Shown here in pieces: positions 49,501 through 62,471 of a stretch of DNA of 64,000 nucleotides. The stretch is from assembly GCA_002633005.1 (NCBI GenBank), contig NMRA01000548.1, forward strand, positions 223,001 to 287,000, in the 5' to 3' direction. The DNA comes from Phoronis australis. Taxonomy: Eukaryota > Animalia > Phoronida. The notes beneath the pieces are model-generated. The model made no database searches. It saw nothing but the letters and a program-made list of their open reading frames with translations, and was not told the DNA's origin. Position 1 is the first letter of the stretch, and the number at the start of each line of letters is the position of its first letter. The translations under genes and the position numbers were made by a program.

Positions 49501-52500
49501 GAGCAAAAATTGGCAACAATCCGCACAAGCAACAAAAAACATCTCGCAGCATCACCTGGCCTTGGTGCAAAGCTTTATAATAAATATACAGCTTTTTGCC
49601 GGTGTGCGGGTAAAAAAAACTAATCAAAAAAGTGACACAAAATTAGTGTCACTAAGAACTACACTCTTCCTCGAGTAAACTAAATTATTTACAGCAGTGT
49701 TGGAAAAATTGGTGTTCTACTACTCATTCTGCTGCTAAAATTGTGGTGCGATCTTTTGCTCGGCTTTTGGCACCATGAAATATTGCATCACATATTGGCT
49801 AGTTTCTTTTTTTGCCGATTCCTCAATCAACTGAAAAATCTTCTATCAAGAGCTTGAGTACATATCACAATAAATTATCGGAACTGGTTTCCTTTTGTTA
49901 CAAGTTTTTAGTATTTTAATACCAACGAACGGAATTTTGGAACAAAATTTGCTGCTGCAAAGCTTTCATCATCTCCCAAGAGATGTCGCAAAAATTTATA
50001 AAATGGTGCATGTCATGAACGATCTGTTTTCAAAATGACAACAGACTTTTCTTTGTTACAAAAGGCGAAGAATTATGCAAGGAAATGACATTTATTAGAT
50101 TGTTTTTCACTTAAACGGCTGCAATGGGCAAGGTGAGAGTTGGTTTTGACTTCCAGATTTTGCATGCATGGGCCACTGGTCATTGGACTGTACTGAAACC
50201 CCCTCCATCCTCACACCCCTCGACCCACAACCCCCTCGACCCATGACCCACGACAATAGAGGTATCTGTGCTCTTTCCACATATTTCAAAATTTTATTAC
50301 GTCGCTAGGCGACATACCTACACGCGAGTCTGCTCTGGCTGACATCTGGTGTTTGAAAACAGAAAGTGGCGTGAGAACGCCGGTGGTCTTGAACAGTGCT
50401 TTGCCAGCGATCTATCGTTGTCATGGAAATAGTTCCATGAGCGGCTATCAATGGCACAGGTCTAATAAACTTAGGGAGAGAGTACGTTAATGTGAATGTA
50501 CATAATTTCATATTTTTATTATTTGCTTTATATTGTATACTCATTTACAATATACATGTACTCCATATAATGTTGAAATACTTTTTAGTCAAACTGTATT
50601 TACTGGTGAAATCACAGTTTTGTTGGTTCCTTGCACTCTGCAATTCACTGAAGAGCAGACGAGACGATTATACTCAGCCGAGAACGACATTTGTAAGGTT
50701 GGTATGTCTTTGATTTGATTTGTTCACCCTAGTTTTTTCTGTTTTTGGCTTTCAAACTTGCCGAATCGACGGGCTTAAATTGCAAAAAACAGCCAAGCTC
50801 ATGGCCCAACTCATTGGTCCAACAAGTCAGCTCTTGTTCTATGTTCAGATCGTGTTGAGCTTGTGTAGACTGAGTCAACAGGGTTGTGGGTCGAGGGGGT
50901 CGAGGGTCATGGTTTGAGGGGGTTGTGGGTTGAGGGTGTCGTGGGTCGAGGGGTGTGGGGGTAGAGGGGGTTTCAGAACAATTCCTGGTCATTATGAGTA
51001 AAAAGAACATTACGGTCCTAAGCTCTACATGTTGATTATATGTTTCACGACAAGGTGACAAGCAGAAGTACCCGGGCTGTGTGAAGTTTCGGGGTCTGGC
51101 AGAGAAGAACACACAGTGGTACCTCGCCAGCTAGCTAGCTGTATGAAGACTATATATCATTAAAATCTAAATTCGTTTTATTGAGTTCCTACTAACAATA
51201 ACCGCATACTTGTCTAAAGATTATTAATTAATGATCACTGTACGCCAGGAATGTATCAACAATATTTCCCCCGGATCCTGAGTTTTCCTGATCACAGGGG
51301 TTTGACAATATCTCGTTTAGTGGAAAATGTTTATGGTATGTGCAACAATTCGACAGCTTGTCGCCAACATCTTCCATTGTTGCTACACAAAAATGGTGAA
51401 TCAAAATCCATTTTCAAACAATAAAATCAAGTCCATGATTTTGCTAAAAATTTATGTAAACCATGTTAATTAAGCATCCTCAGCCGCACGCTGATGTTCA
51501 TTTGGTATTGATATAGTATTAAAGAGTTACATAAGCTGATGTTCATTTGGTATTGATATAGTATTAAAGAGTTACATTAAGCTGATGTTCATTAGGTATT
51601 GATATAGTATTAAAGAGTTACATAAGCTGATGTTCATTTGGTATTGATATAGTATTAAAAAGTTACATAAATGGGGGACGTCACATCGGCCACACATTTG
51701 GTATTGATATAGTATTAAAAAGTTACATAAATGGGGGACGTCACCTCGACCACACTCAGAATCCAACAGGTGAAGTATGGCAGTGCATCAGCATTGCCAA
51801 TCATAACTAACAGTCTAGCCACTTCAGAATCGAAGATCGAATCGGAAACCCTTCCGATTCATCAATTCTGAAAAATTTTTCAATTCCCAGCCCTAAATAC
51901 CTTGCATATCAAACTAAGATAAAAACAAGCATTCGTGGTCACTAATTGTTACCTACCGTTCACCACTCTCTGTTTTTCAAGGTGCAAACGCTTAGCACAT
52001 TTTTCATTGATTGCATTACTCAATGGTGCTGCACCGCTTGACACCGCCCTCACACTAGACAAGTCGTAGACCTTTGCCCGGGGATCATTAGCCATAAAAA
52101 GCACTAGAGGTGGCACCACAAGTAATTCCGAACACTAGAAGCATATTACAGAGACTTCTTGCTAGCAGCAAAATCTCACCAATTTTGGACAAAAATAAAA
52201 AAATTGCCAAAATTGCATTTTTCTCATTTTGAAAAATTTTTCTACAGTACATTGTTGTAAGCGCTCATACAAAACTTGAACATGGTAAACCATTAATACG
52301 ATGCACTGTATTTCATATGTAAAATGAGAAAATAAAAAATTCCAGCAGCTGACTATAATGTGTCCTAAATTAGTGAGATTTCACCATATACTAAAACACT
52401 GGGTTGTAAAGACAATCTAATTCATTTTGTCAAATTTTTCAACAAAAATAATAAAGACCATAATATTTTAGTATTTTTAGCTAGGTTTGTAGTGTATAAA

Positions 52501-55500
52501 CATCATAAAATAATGTATGGCAAAGTAAACAATTTATGTGTTGCATTTGAAAATGCAAGAATGAGAATTTTGGCAATTGTTTTTATGCCCAATAAGTAAA
52601 GAAGTAAGATAATTGAATAGGGCCATCCAGGATTACACGGCGACACTCGAATCTCGCTGTATTTACCCACAATGCCGAAAACATCCATCAGGCACATTTG
52701 CTGCCTTGTTCTCATTATACTGGAGTTTCACGTTATTTGTTGTTTTCTGATTCTTTACAAGTTGCATTACTCTATTTATACTTCAATGCCAACAAAGTAT
52801 TACTGCTGTGCTGTGGGCTGGAAATCCGACGTGAGAAAGTTTGATAAACTGGACAAATGCAAGAGGATGCCTGATCTGAAATTCTTCGCCTTCTTGTCAC
52901 CAATGACAGACATGGAAATGTGCCTGATTTCCAAAACGAGGTCACGTGCTTTCTTATCTCCGGGAAAAAGGAGAGTTCTATCACGTTGTAATCCAGGACG
53001 GCCCTATTAAAACCTGAGCGTTTGAAAGACAAATCCCTACTAGCTCTAACCATAACGAAACAAACATGAACAACTCGTAACTGCAAGTTGAAAGCCCCAC
53101 GAATGAGTTTCCACCATTAAAATGCAAAATCTTTCAAATGAATATATGGCACATGTGAAAAACTTCAACAAGTTTGCAACGAATTTACAGATGCTGTCAT
53201 CAATTCCAAATACGAGTTGAAACTCAACATAACCTACGCAAAACCTCACCTTGTATTTCTCAATAAGACGCAGGTACAAGTCGGGTTCAAACTTGGGCAT
53301 TGTGATCAGCCTGGAACCGCTCAACAGAGACTTTGTTAAGAGAACATACAGGCCATAGATATGGAAAAAGGGAATAACAGCAACAAGACTCTGCTGTTCA
53401 GTCGGAACCGTCACCTCATGGTCCAGTCTACAATGAAATGTGAGGGAAACGTCAAATGAAAGTTGGGCAGATTGCGAATAAGAATTCTGAACTGAAAATC
53501 AAAGCTGACAGTACATACAAATTTTTTTTACAAGGCAATAAGCTCTGAAGGAAAGTTTTTAATCTTCTTAGAGTTTCATCTTTACTAGTTTTCTTCTATC
53601 TACGTTTAGTAAAGCTCTGCATGCATTTAGTGTGGCAGAAACATCAATGTCTACAGTCACTTCCCTACTTCTAGGTCTATAATGAAATGTCCACATTGCT
53701 CCCAGCCTAGGTAGACAAAGAGAAATTAAAACAATTGCGCATAGGGAGCCTAGAATTCGTTCTAGTGTACTGCAGCTAGAGGATTTTGGAAATGCATTTC
53801 CATGCTTAATGCAATTTCATCTGAAGGCACCAGAAAAACTGTAGCATGATGAAGTCCACATGTTTATTACTCTATGTAAGGTTAGTATGCTATGCTCTTA
53901 ACTTCAACCATGGTCTTAACCATTCATCTGGTAGAAGTGGAAGTGTATACATGCACCGACACAATAAAATATTTAAAAATTTTCCAACAATTCTCTGTGT
54001 TAGGTTTCATTTTCCACTTTAATTAGAAAGGCACGATTTGACGAAAGTGAAAAAACTAAAAGATGGGAATTTTCCTGATATTTATAAAAACAAATTTTTT
54101 ACAATTGCGCAAGCCTCAAGCCCCTCCCTCCCTCAATGTGTCCCTGAAGCATGTTCAGTACCGTAACACTGCTCATCAGTGAAAATGATTGATTGTTAGT
54201 GACAAATTCGTAATCCCCACTTACGGAGTCATGGAGAAGGCCATGCAAGTAGTAGCCACCATGTTGTGATGTGTCAACATGACCCCTTTGGGTAAACCTG
54301 TAGTTCCACTGGAGTATGGAAGGTAACACAGGTCATCTTTGGTCTTGTATACAAAAGATGGACACGCTGAACCATCATCACCAAGCAGCTCAGAGAAAGG
54401 AAGGCAACCGCTGACTGTACCATCAATCACAAAGATTGCCTGAAATCAATCAAATAGGAAAAATAAATTGAAATCAGACCACCTGCATTATTTTTCCAGT
54501 TTTTAGATATTAAGCAAAACAACCTAAGAAAAATTTTACATTGTTTCCATAATAGTTTTAAACAATTGTTTCACAAAACACAATCATGCAGCCTGTTACT
54601 AGCAAGTAACAAGTGCCACAGGAAGCAGCCAGGGCACGACTCCATATAATTTTCAACATCAGTCATGTGGCAAAATCTTGAATGCAACACTGGGGGTCCA
54701 AAATTGGCGACGACTGCAGGGCGAAAATTGTGGCGACTGTTGTCTCACAATTTGAAATCACTATCCTGTACCTTAATGGCCTTCCAGCCAGCAGCTGCCA
54801 CTTTAACCTTGGCTGCACAGGAAGCTTGGGTAATGACAAGTTTAGTGGAGCTGTGCTCGAATTGGCGATGTATTTCCTCTGAAATGAATTTTGAAATGTT
54901 TCATAACCATGGGGGAGAATTCTGCAACAGGTCAAGCAGTGACAAGCATTAAACTATAATACTGTACTTCATTAAAAGTTGATGAAAAGTTATTGAAAGT
55001 CTGGTGTCGTGTGTGCTGGACAAGGCTGAAGTAAGTTTCAAGAGGTACGACTGATTTGGAAGTGATTTATCCCAAAAGAGAGGGCTCCGAAAAGACCCGA
55101 GTTGAAAACACAATCAATAATGTTCAAATCCAAAACGAAAAAAATGAATAGCAAAATCCAGATCTTTTCTGAATGAAATCAAAACCTTATACCAGTGTTC
55201 TCCATACATGTACTCAAACACTATGGCGCACCATATTTGAAATGTTTTGCACCATGTTTGGAAATCTCAATTGAGGCATGCAGTTCGAAAAGCTCTGAGC
55301 CACATTAGAAATCTTGAGCCATGTTTGAAAGGCAAATAGTCTTTTCTGTTTTTGAGTCAAATGATTGAAAATGTGTTCCCAGTGGTACATTTTTATTATT
55401 TAGCAATAAAAATGAAAATGGCATACCCTTGCAAATGGAACTAATGAGTAACTACATGTAGATGTTTTCGTGAATTAACTGAAAGAAAGATTTACTATTA

Positions 55501-58169
55501 TGTGAGAACATAACATGCAATTTGCAATTCAAATTTTTGTTTAGGGAGAACCCTGAAGTTGAAAACTCTGTCAATAACTTCCAACCCCACATGGAATAAA
55601 AATGAATAGTAGAAATCTCTATCCTTTTGAAATGCAATCAATCAAAACCTAACTTAACACGCGAACATGTACAGCTTCTTCTCAAAATCCGGACACCAAC
55701 TGCACTTTTATAACTTATTCCCCATTTATTGAGTATTATACAAACAACACACTGTTAATGCCCATAGCTATAAAAGCACAAAAAGAAAGACTTCTAGAGA
55801 ACAATAACAGATAAATAGATGATACATACCAGCAGTGTATATTGGGTTGATTGTAGTGACAGTTGCTCCTGACGACAGTGCACCAAACTGGGCCAGCACA
55901 AACTCAGGACAGTTCTGTAGACATAGGCATATGACATCTCCCTTCCTGATGCCCAGACGAGAGAGACCGCTGGCAATGCTGGTCGCACCCCGTCTCACAT
56001 CATTGAATGTATATTCAGCCCCGGTTATACCATTTACCTGGGGAAAATAATATTGCAGAATAATATAAAACTCCTTTCAGTAAATAAGTCCTGAGTTTAA
56101 AGTGTAACATATGGGTTTGCATATTTTACTTAAAAGTATTTTTAAACCACAATATTAGCCTCAAATAGCCAATACAACTGTGTAATAACCCATTCAGTTA
56201 TCTCACTAGTGAAATAACATTTTGGCGGGAACCGAGACCGGTTTCAAACACGGGCCGCAAGAGTTTCGAGTCGTCGACTTTGCCACAGCACCACTCAGCC
56301 GCTGACGTCACGGAATGTGAAAATAGATTAAATGAACACGCGCAACAATGGCATGTTCAACAAAGGGCAATGTACCGACATTTATGCGCTATGAAAAATA
56401 AGACGCATAATTTCCAAACGATATTTTCATTCAGTGAAATTTTTCTCTCATGTTCTCTCACTTGTAAGTCACCGATCATCGTGTAGTCGGGATCCTTTGA
56501 CTTGAGCATTATACTCAGTTACCACTGGTAACCTACTTTAGCAGACAATATTTTCATGGTCGAAGCTTAACGTGATAAAATGTGTAGCAAGCTACAATAG
56601 TTGTTAAACCTTAATTTATAGATTCACTTTACATCTATTTTGTTTAAATTTTCAATTGCTTTTGAGTAAAAGCATTATTTGACAAAAATAGCTCAGCTTC
56701 TCTGAACAGGTCACAACCTCCGACCCCAGGCATCTGACATAGAAACTGAGTAGTTACAAAGCTGAGGCAAGTCGAGAAAGATAGATCGATTCATTGCAAC
56801 GTTTCTCGTTCAGTATGTGGTATAAATAGATTGTTACATATTCTCAGTCGTTATCCCCCATATTCTAGAGCCCTCGGGGACTTCACCATGTAATAATCTA
56901 TATGTATTACTGCGAATAAGATTGATAGTTTGCTGACAAAAGGATCAATGCCATTTCTCAACCAAAAAGTTTGCAATGACATCATTGCACATTCCCTACA
57001 TTCTGAGAAGTTAATTTCTGAGGGAGTGTACCATTGCATCCCGGGTTCTGAGCGTTCCGGGATCTTTGTGTCCCGGGTTCTATGTATCCCATTTTATGGA
57101 TTTTGGGTTCTTTATTACGTGACTGGGTTGTGGTGTTCTGGTCTTTTGCGCTTAAAGTCCAGCCGCTAAGTGGATGCATGTCGAGTGTGCAAGTTTTAGC
57201 AACATTGCCATTTTAGGTCCACATGACATTTTTGAGGTAGTATACTTTTTTGATCCTGATATAGGGCAAAAATTTACCTCATTAACACTTCGGATAATCT
57301 TGGTTGGTCACGCACTGACCAGGTCCGTACTAGAACCCGGAGTGAAAGCAACCATGTCACCCTGGAGAAATTGTTTGGCTTGAACGTATTTGAATGAAGC
57401 ATCCGGGTAATCTGAAAGCGCCCATATGTAGCAGGACATTTTCTACAGAGAGACAATCACAACTAGGCCTACCAGACTGGGACACATCCAGTGCGCATAG
57501 ACAGAACGTCCTTCCGATGCACATAAAACTGGACACATAACGCTTAATCGTCGTAAGAGACCGTCCGGAGTTGGTATATGGTGCAACTCGGGACGTTCTG
57601 GGGTCTACAGAAAACAAGTTCAACTGTGAGTCTACACCGATGTGATAAACGAGAGTAGTTCTACTTGCTGCGTCAGCTGCTGGTAGTTGTATGCTTATCT
57701 GTTTTATGACACACAATGTGTGACTGGGCAAAGCGTTTTCAAAATAATTTGGGTAAATCAGTGGAGTGTGAGACCCCTGACTCCTGAGGTCCCTGGCAAG
57801 TCCTCACGGCAATTTTACGTTATGTCACATATAGAACCCCGATATGCATCAAACGGGACACAGAACCCGGGACACATAGAACCCGGGACACATAGAACCC
57901 GGGACACATAGAACCCGGGGCACATCGGGATGACACCAATTTCTGGGAACGATCTGGACGGAAGCTATAAGGAGTATAGGAATAGGATGCCTGTTACTGT
58001 AAGGGCCTTACAGTGTAAGGCCTACATAATCTGAGATTACCAGTAGGCCTACTGATCTTACCAAGGCTGTCTTGTCTCCGTGGGCAGAAATTCCATTCAA
58101 AACCAACTGGTGATAAGCAACATTCTCCGGGATTTCCGGATCAGGATATAAACTCTTAACAATGCTCAT
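43592..58169 (-). CDS. 4-coumarate-CoA-ligase-like / firefly-luciferase-like acyl-CoA synthetase (ANL adenylate-forming family) with PTS1
   Basis: Exons in phase: 58169-58062 ([16 protein letters not shown]...GDKTAL), 56037-55830, 54878-54772, 54439-54225 ([21 protein letters not shown]-binding P-loop), 53427-53250 (PFFHIYG), 52134-51957 (VVPPL...SGAAPL), 48399-48154 (GYGLTE...[14 protein letters not shown]...DGWFHTG), 46569-46487 (DIG...[14 protein letters not shown]), 44491-44326 (VAPAELE), 43722-43592 ([11 protein letters not shown]...QSRL*). Confidence 0.93.
48845..49075 (+). mobile_element. tRNA-derived SINE (B box deleted)
   Basis: Colinear with the reverse complement of 23195-23433. 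Confidence 0.75.
50185..50985. mobile_element. Non-autonomous DNA transposon with tandem-repeat TIRs and 8-bp TSD
   Basis: TGGTCATT on both sides (50177-50184, 50986-50993); ends GGACTGTACTGAAACCCC / GGGGTTTCAGAACAATTCC; subterminal CCCCTCGACCCAC arrays in inverted orientation. Confidence 0.8.
51490..51755. repeat. 45-bp minisatellite (x4) changing into a ~60-bp variant unit
   Basis: GCTGATGTTCATTTGGTATTGATATAGTATTAAAGAGTTACATAA units. Confidence 0.95.
52619..53005 (+). mobile_element. Internally deleted THAP-encoding DNA transposon (ISL2EU/PHIS-like)
   Basis: TIRs AGGGCCATCCAGGATTACA / TGTAATCCAGGACGGCCCT flanked by AT on both sides; contains [16 protein letters not shown]...LKFFAF (THAP N-terminus). 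Confidence 0.75.
57021..57937. mobile_element. Non-autonomous DNA transposon with 17-bp tandem subterminal repeats and 8-bp TSD
   Basis: AATTTCTG at 57013-57020 and 57938-57945; (GGGACACATAGAACCC)n at 57830-57930 inverted relative to CCCGGGTTCTATG at 57038-57085. Confidence 0.75.
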
Positions 58170-58292
58170 TTTGTGGCAGCCTGCACACTCCTGCACTGCG
58201 ACAAATATGAAGTGCGAGTATGTACTTTGACCCTGCTAACCTCAATTCTACTAGTGAGACTACGGGGTGGCCCAAACCACAGGCACGGGCAA

Positions 58293-58346
58293 TCAGCCAG
58301 GCCTGGGATTCCTTGGAGTTGGATACAAACTCTTAAAAATGCTCAT
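58293..58346 (-). pseudogene. Degenerate duplicate of the start of the acyl-CoA synthetase first coding exon
   Basis: AAAATG AGC ATT TTT AAG AGT TTG TAT CCA (MSIFKSLYPTPRNPRPG*) versus the functional AAAATG AGC ATT GTT AAG AGT TTA TAT CCT ([14 protein letters not shown]). Confidence 0.8.
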
Positions 58347-58591
58347 TTTGAAGAAACCCGAACACTGACTTTCCCCAACCCGCGAGCTCAATCACTGAGA
58401 CCAACAAGAAGTCCGCCTGACCTCATTCTTTTGGGACGACAGGGTGACCCAAATCACACGTCCACCGGCAGCCACTGAGGTCCGGGATTCCCGCCACTAC
58501 TAAGTAGTAGGCCAAGTTATTGCGAGACATTTTGCAAGTAGGCTTACGCATGTACAGAGAAGTAGTACGTTGTGTGGATCAAATATAAAGT

Positions 58592-58822
58592 GCCCGTTCC
58601 AAGAAAATTGACTTGACTCAGACAAATTTTAAATTTGAGTCAATTATAAGATAAAACTTTAAATTTTCTCAATCCGTTACGAGAAGATCTTATGTTTGAC
58701 TACTAAAGTTCTTGTCTTTGTCGGCTTAATTTTAACTAACTAGCCGCCGGATATGGAAGTATCAAAGTTTGAAAGTTGAAACAAATCTTCAGACTTCAGT
58801 TAGAGTTTCTAGGAACGGGCCC
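58592..58822. mobile_element. MITE with GCCCGTTCC termini
   Basis: GCCCGTTCCAAGAAA ... TTTCTAGGAACGGGC. Confidence 0.65.
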
Positions 58823-61800
58823 CAAGTCCATACTATACTAAAGTGCAAAATATGATTTAAGGTAACGTTATGTCAGAAGAATCGACAACTAAAAGTCTAT
58901 TACGAGTACCCAAATATTTTAACTCATCAAAAGTAAATATTATCTTAAAGTAGAAATTGAATTTGATTTTTGCCTTCATACCAATCTGCCAGTAATTGGG
59001 TCACGTGATCTTGCTTTTTAGCAAGTGTAGCCAAAAACCAAAGGCACATACAGAAAAACAACAGGATCAATAAAGTGACCAAATTTTGTACGATATGTGT
59101 TCAAATGTAAACTCTCACAATACAGTTTCGTTTTCATTTTATGCAACTTTGCTCATTTTTTTAAATCTTATCGTTCATATTTTTGATAGCCCCTCATGTA
59201 GGCCTAAAAGTGGAATATTTTAAAAACAATTCCTAATAGAGTTTTTGAGAGCAGTGAATAAAGCATAGTATCTGAAAATTTCATGTGAATCCGACAAAAC
59301 CACACCCTTAAGAGAGGGAGCACTATCAAAGTACACCAATTCAGTGGGAGCTATGAAAACGCCACCCTTTTGTTTAGGTTTTCTCACAACACAACACTTT
59401 TGTAGGTCCTACTAGTAAGCCCCACATCTCTCGCGTATTCGCAGTCCGTGTTCAATTTAAACTGTAACGCTATTTTACGTCGCGTAAAAAATGTAAACAA
59501 AATATAGACGCAATTGTTCTCAGTGCTCTGATACTGGGTAAAATTCGCAATCACTAGGATAAACAATCATTCTCGATCACGGAGTACAACAGAGCGTGGA
59601 CACGGGCATTCTAGACTAGAAAAAAAGACTTTTGAAGAAATTAGCCGTAGCTTGTAATCGAATCAACTCAAGCAGTTGAACACTCTGCCGGCCATGCTCT
59701 GAGCCATCCCCACGCGTTCAATCCTTACAAATGCAAAGAAGAAAGTCGGAAGTGCATTATGAAGAATGGACACAGTTAAAAGACACTACCTTGATTGTCA
59801 GGCAGACAATGGCGAGAAGTAGTGATTTGTAGTCAATATCACAAAACAATTTGTTGTTTTACAGCTCTGGTCAGAAGGCTATACCATTCACCAACTGTCC
59901 CAAAAATGCTTATTTCGGTCCTAAAAATGCTTTTTAACTGTGTCCATTCCTCATAATGAACTTCCGACTTTCTTCTTTGCGCATGTCCCGCAATTTTGTT
60001 ATTACAAATACAATTCCCCTCTCACCAACCACTCGATAAATGCTAGTCGTCTTGGTTATGTTACCGGACTTGAATCGGACTAGTAGACAACGGCGAAAAT
60101 TGGTCGTTGGCAATAAAACAACAAAAACAACGGATTTTATTGTTTGGCCATGAATCTGACTCAAAGTCCCTAGTACTGACACGCTTCATACCGTCGAGGC
60201 TCTTCCATAACTGATTTGCCATCAATGGGGTTATTGGGATTTTCCGGGCTAGCTTTTACTATTTAGGAATATATATGCATGGGTTTTCCTCAGGCTTGCT
60301 GAACCCGCGAGTTGCCACGTTGTATTTCAATCAACGACCTTTCTTCTTGTGACGAATATGGGTTTTCCACCCCCGAATCTGAATGATGTTCGTTTAACGT
60401 GCCTGGTACCACCAAGGCTTTCCAACACTGCATGGCAGGTTATTGGTTTTTCCACCCCTATATCTGAATAATGTCCCTTTTACGCCGCCGATGCCTTCCA
60501 ATTAAACACGTACTGCATTGGGTGGTTTCCCAAGCTTTAATTTTAGCTGCTTTTCTTTTTTATTTATGATGATGGGGTTTTCACTGAATGACGGGTTTTT
60601 CCCAGGATGACGAATGTGTTGTCACGGTCAGTGTATTTAAATGCACTCTGCTGGCATGTTTCCAGGCAGACACCGATCAGTGGTAGCTTTGTGCGTAACA
60701 AGGAATGATTCAGGTGAGTCCCATATCATAATCTGAGGAGGCGGTAGAACGTTTGTCGTTGGAAAGGCAATTATAAGGTCGTCCAGGATATATACAGCGA
60801 CAATGGAATCCATTACCAGCAATATTGAAACCGTGAATTGCGCATGCGCGAAAATCACTCAGTTAACCCCGTTCAGAATACATGGGATTCGCAGAAAACA
60901 CAGCGTGAGGGTCTTATTTATGAATCAATCACATTTGCCGATAGCACATAACATAGATAAGTATTTTGTTAAAAACGTGGCCTAGTTTCAGCAAAATTGG
61001 AAAAAATTTTATGTTTAACATGGTATGGCCAAAGTTTTGGCTTATTTTGTCGCTTCGATCAGTGGAATCGCCGCTAAAAACCCGAAAGTGCATGTGAGAA
61101 AACGATAATTTTCGACCAAGCCTTTCATGTGCGGTTAGTTGCCGATAGACCCAACAGATGTCAGTATAATCAAGATTGAAATGTAGAATTTTGAAGAAAA
61201 TTACACAAAATTTTGTATTTAACATGGGGTCGCCGAAAATTGCCAATTTTGGCCTTTTGATATCAGTTTATCGTCATAGACTATCATTAGTGGGTCTAGT
61301 CAATTCGAAGTTTTTGGTTAAATCACTGATAATATTCACACCAGTATACTAATAAACGTTTTCTCTATATATAACAGTTTGATTCCAATGCTTAAGTAAG
61401 GCGTACAACAGGGATTGGCCCTTGACCGGCCCAGCCCATAGTATGGGAGCTAAGAATTCAGCTCTAGGCCAAAGTAGCTATGTGCATAAAACTCGATCAG
61501 TCACCTGAGGTGTTTACGATCCACTTCAGAGAAAAAAAAACTCGTTGTACCTAACAATAATTTGTTTCCGAGTACTTCGGGCATGGTTTAAAATTGAAAG
61601 GGGTCATTACAAGTTGAATTTATGAGAATTGTATTGTTGCATTGCGAACTGAAAACTAGTCGATTGACGGGTAGTGCGAGATAAGGCAACGAGTAAGGAC
61701 AGCTTTGATTTGCTTACGAGTAGTGACTCATGATATTGGCCAGACATCTGTAATGCTATGTTTTGTCTTTCCTTTTCAATATATTTGAACTTTGGTAATT

Positions 61801-61946
61801 TTGGGCTACAAAATGTAGAACCTTCCTGGGTGCTTCTCTCCAGTAGACACGCGGAGAGTGAAGCGCTAACTTGTCCCTAAGCGATGACCTAGTTTACGCA
61901 GAGAACCTGGCGGATGACCTAGTTTACGAATTGCTGGTAATGCTCA

Positions 61947-62471
61947 TTGTATTTACCCACAATGCCGTAAGCATCCGTCAAGCACATTTGCTGCTTCGTT
62001 TTCGTGCCTTTGGAGTTCCACATGTTCTTTGTTGGTGTTTAGCTGGTTCTTTAAAAGTTTTTCTCGGCGGCATTACTCTATATTGTCCTGCCAATGCTAA
62101 CGAAATGTTATACTTCTGTGCTGTGGGCTGCAACTCCAACGTGAGAATGTTTGATAAACGGCACAAACACCTGTGGATGCATGCATGATGTCAAATTCTT
62201 TGCCTTCCCAATCCATCAATGAGAGACAAGAAAATGCAAAGGGAGTGGGTAATACAAGTTCGTCGTGTTAATTTTAAACCGTACAGAATTCCCTTTCTTG
62301 AAGATACCCGTTCCTATTCCGGCGGGGTTGAAATCAGGAATATTCCCATGGATAACACTCGCCGGTCTCCGATGTGATCTGCAAAAATGTGCTTTAGTGA
62401 TTTCCAAAGCGTGGCCAAGCACTTTCTTCCGTATCTCTGGGACAAATCGCCGTTTAATCCCGGACGGCCCT
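61947..62471 (+). mobile_element. Second, frameshifted copy of the THAP-encoding transposon
   Basis: Colinear with 52659-53005; fragments FCAVGCNS, DVKFFAFP and QREWVIQVRRVNFKP match THAP motifs; right TIR TAATCCCGGACGGCCCT. Confidence 0.8.

Noticed and set aside
51490-51755. CRISPR-like array
   Set aside because: Head-to-tail units without unique spacers, eukaryotic intron context, no cas genes.
61882-61928. 16-bp direct repeat GATGACCTAGTTTACG
   Set aside because: Small local duplication next to a TE remnant with no evidence of function.
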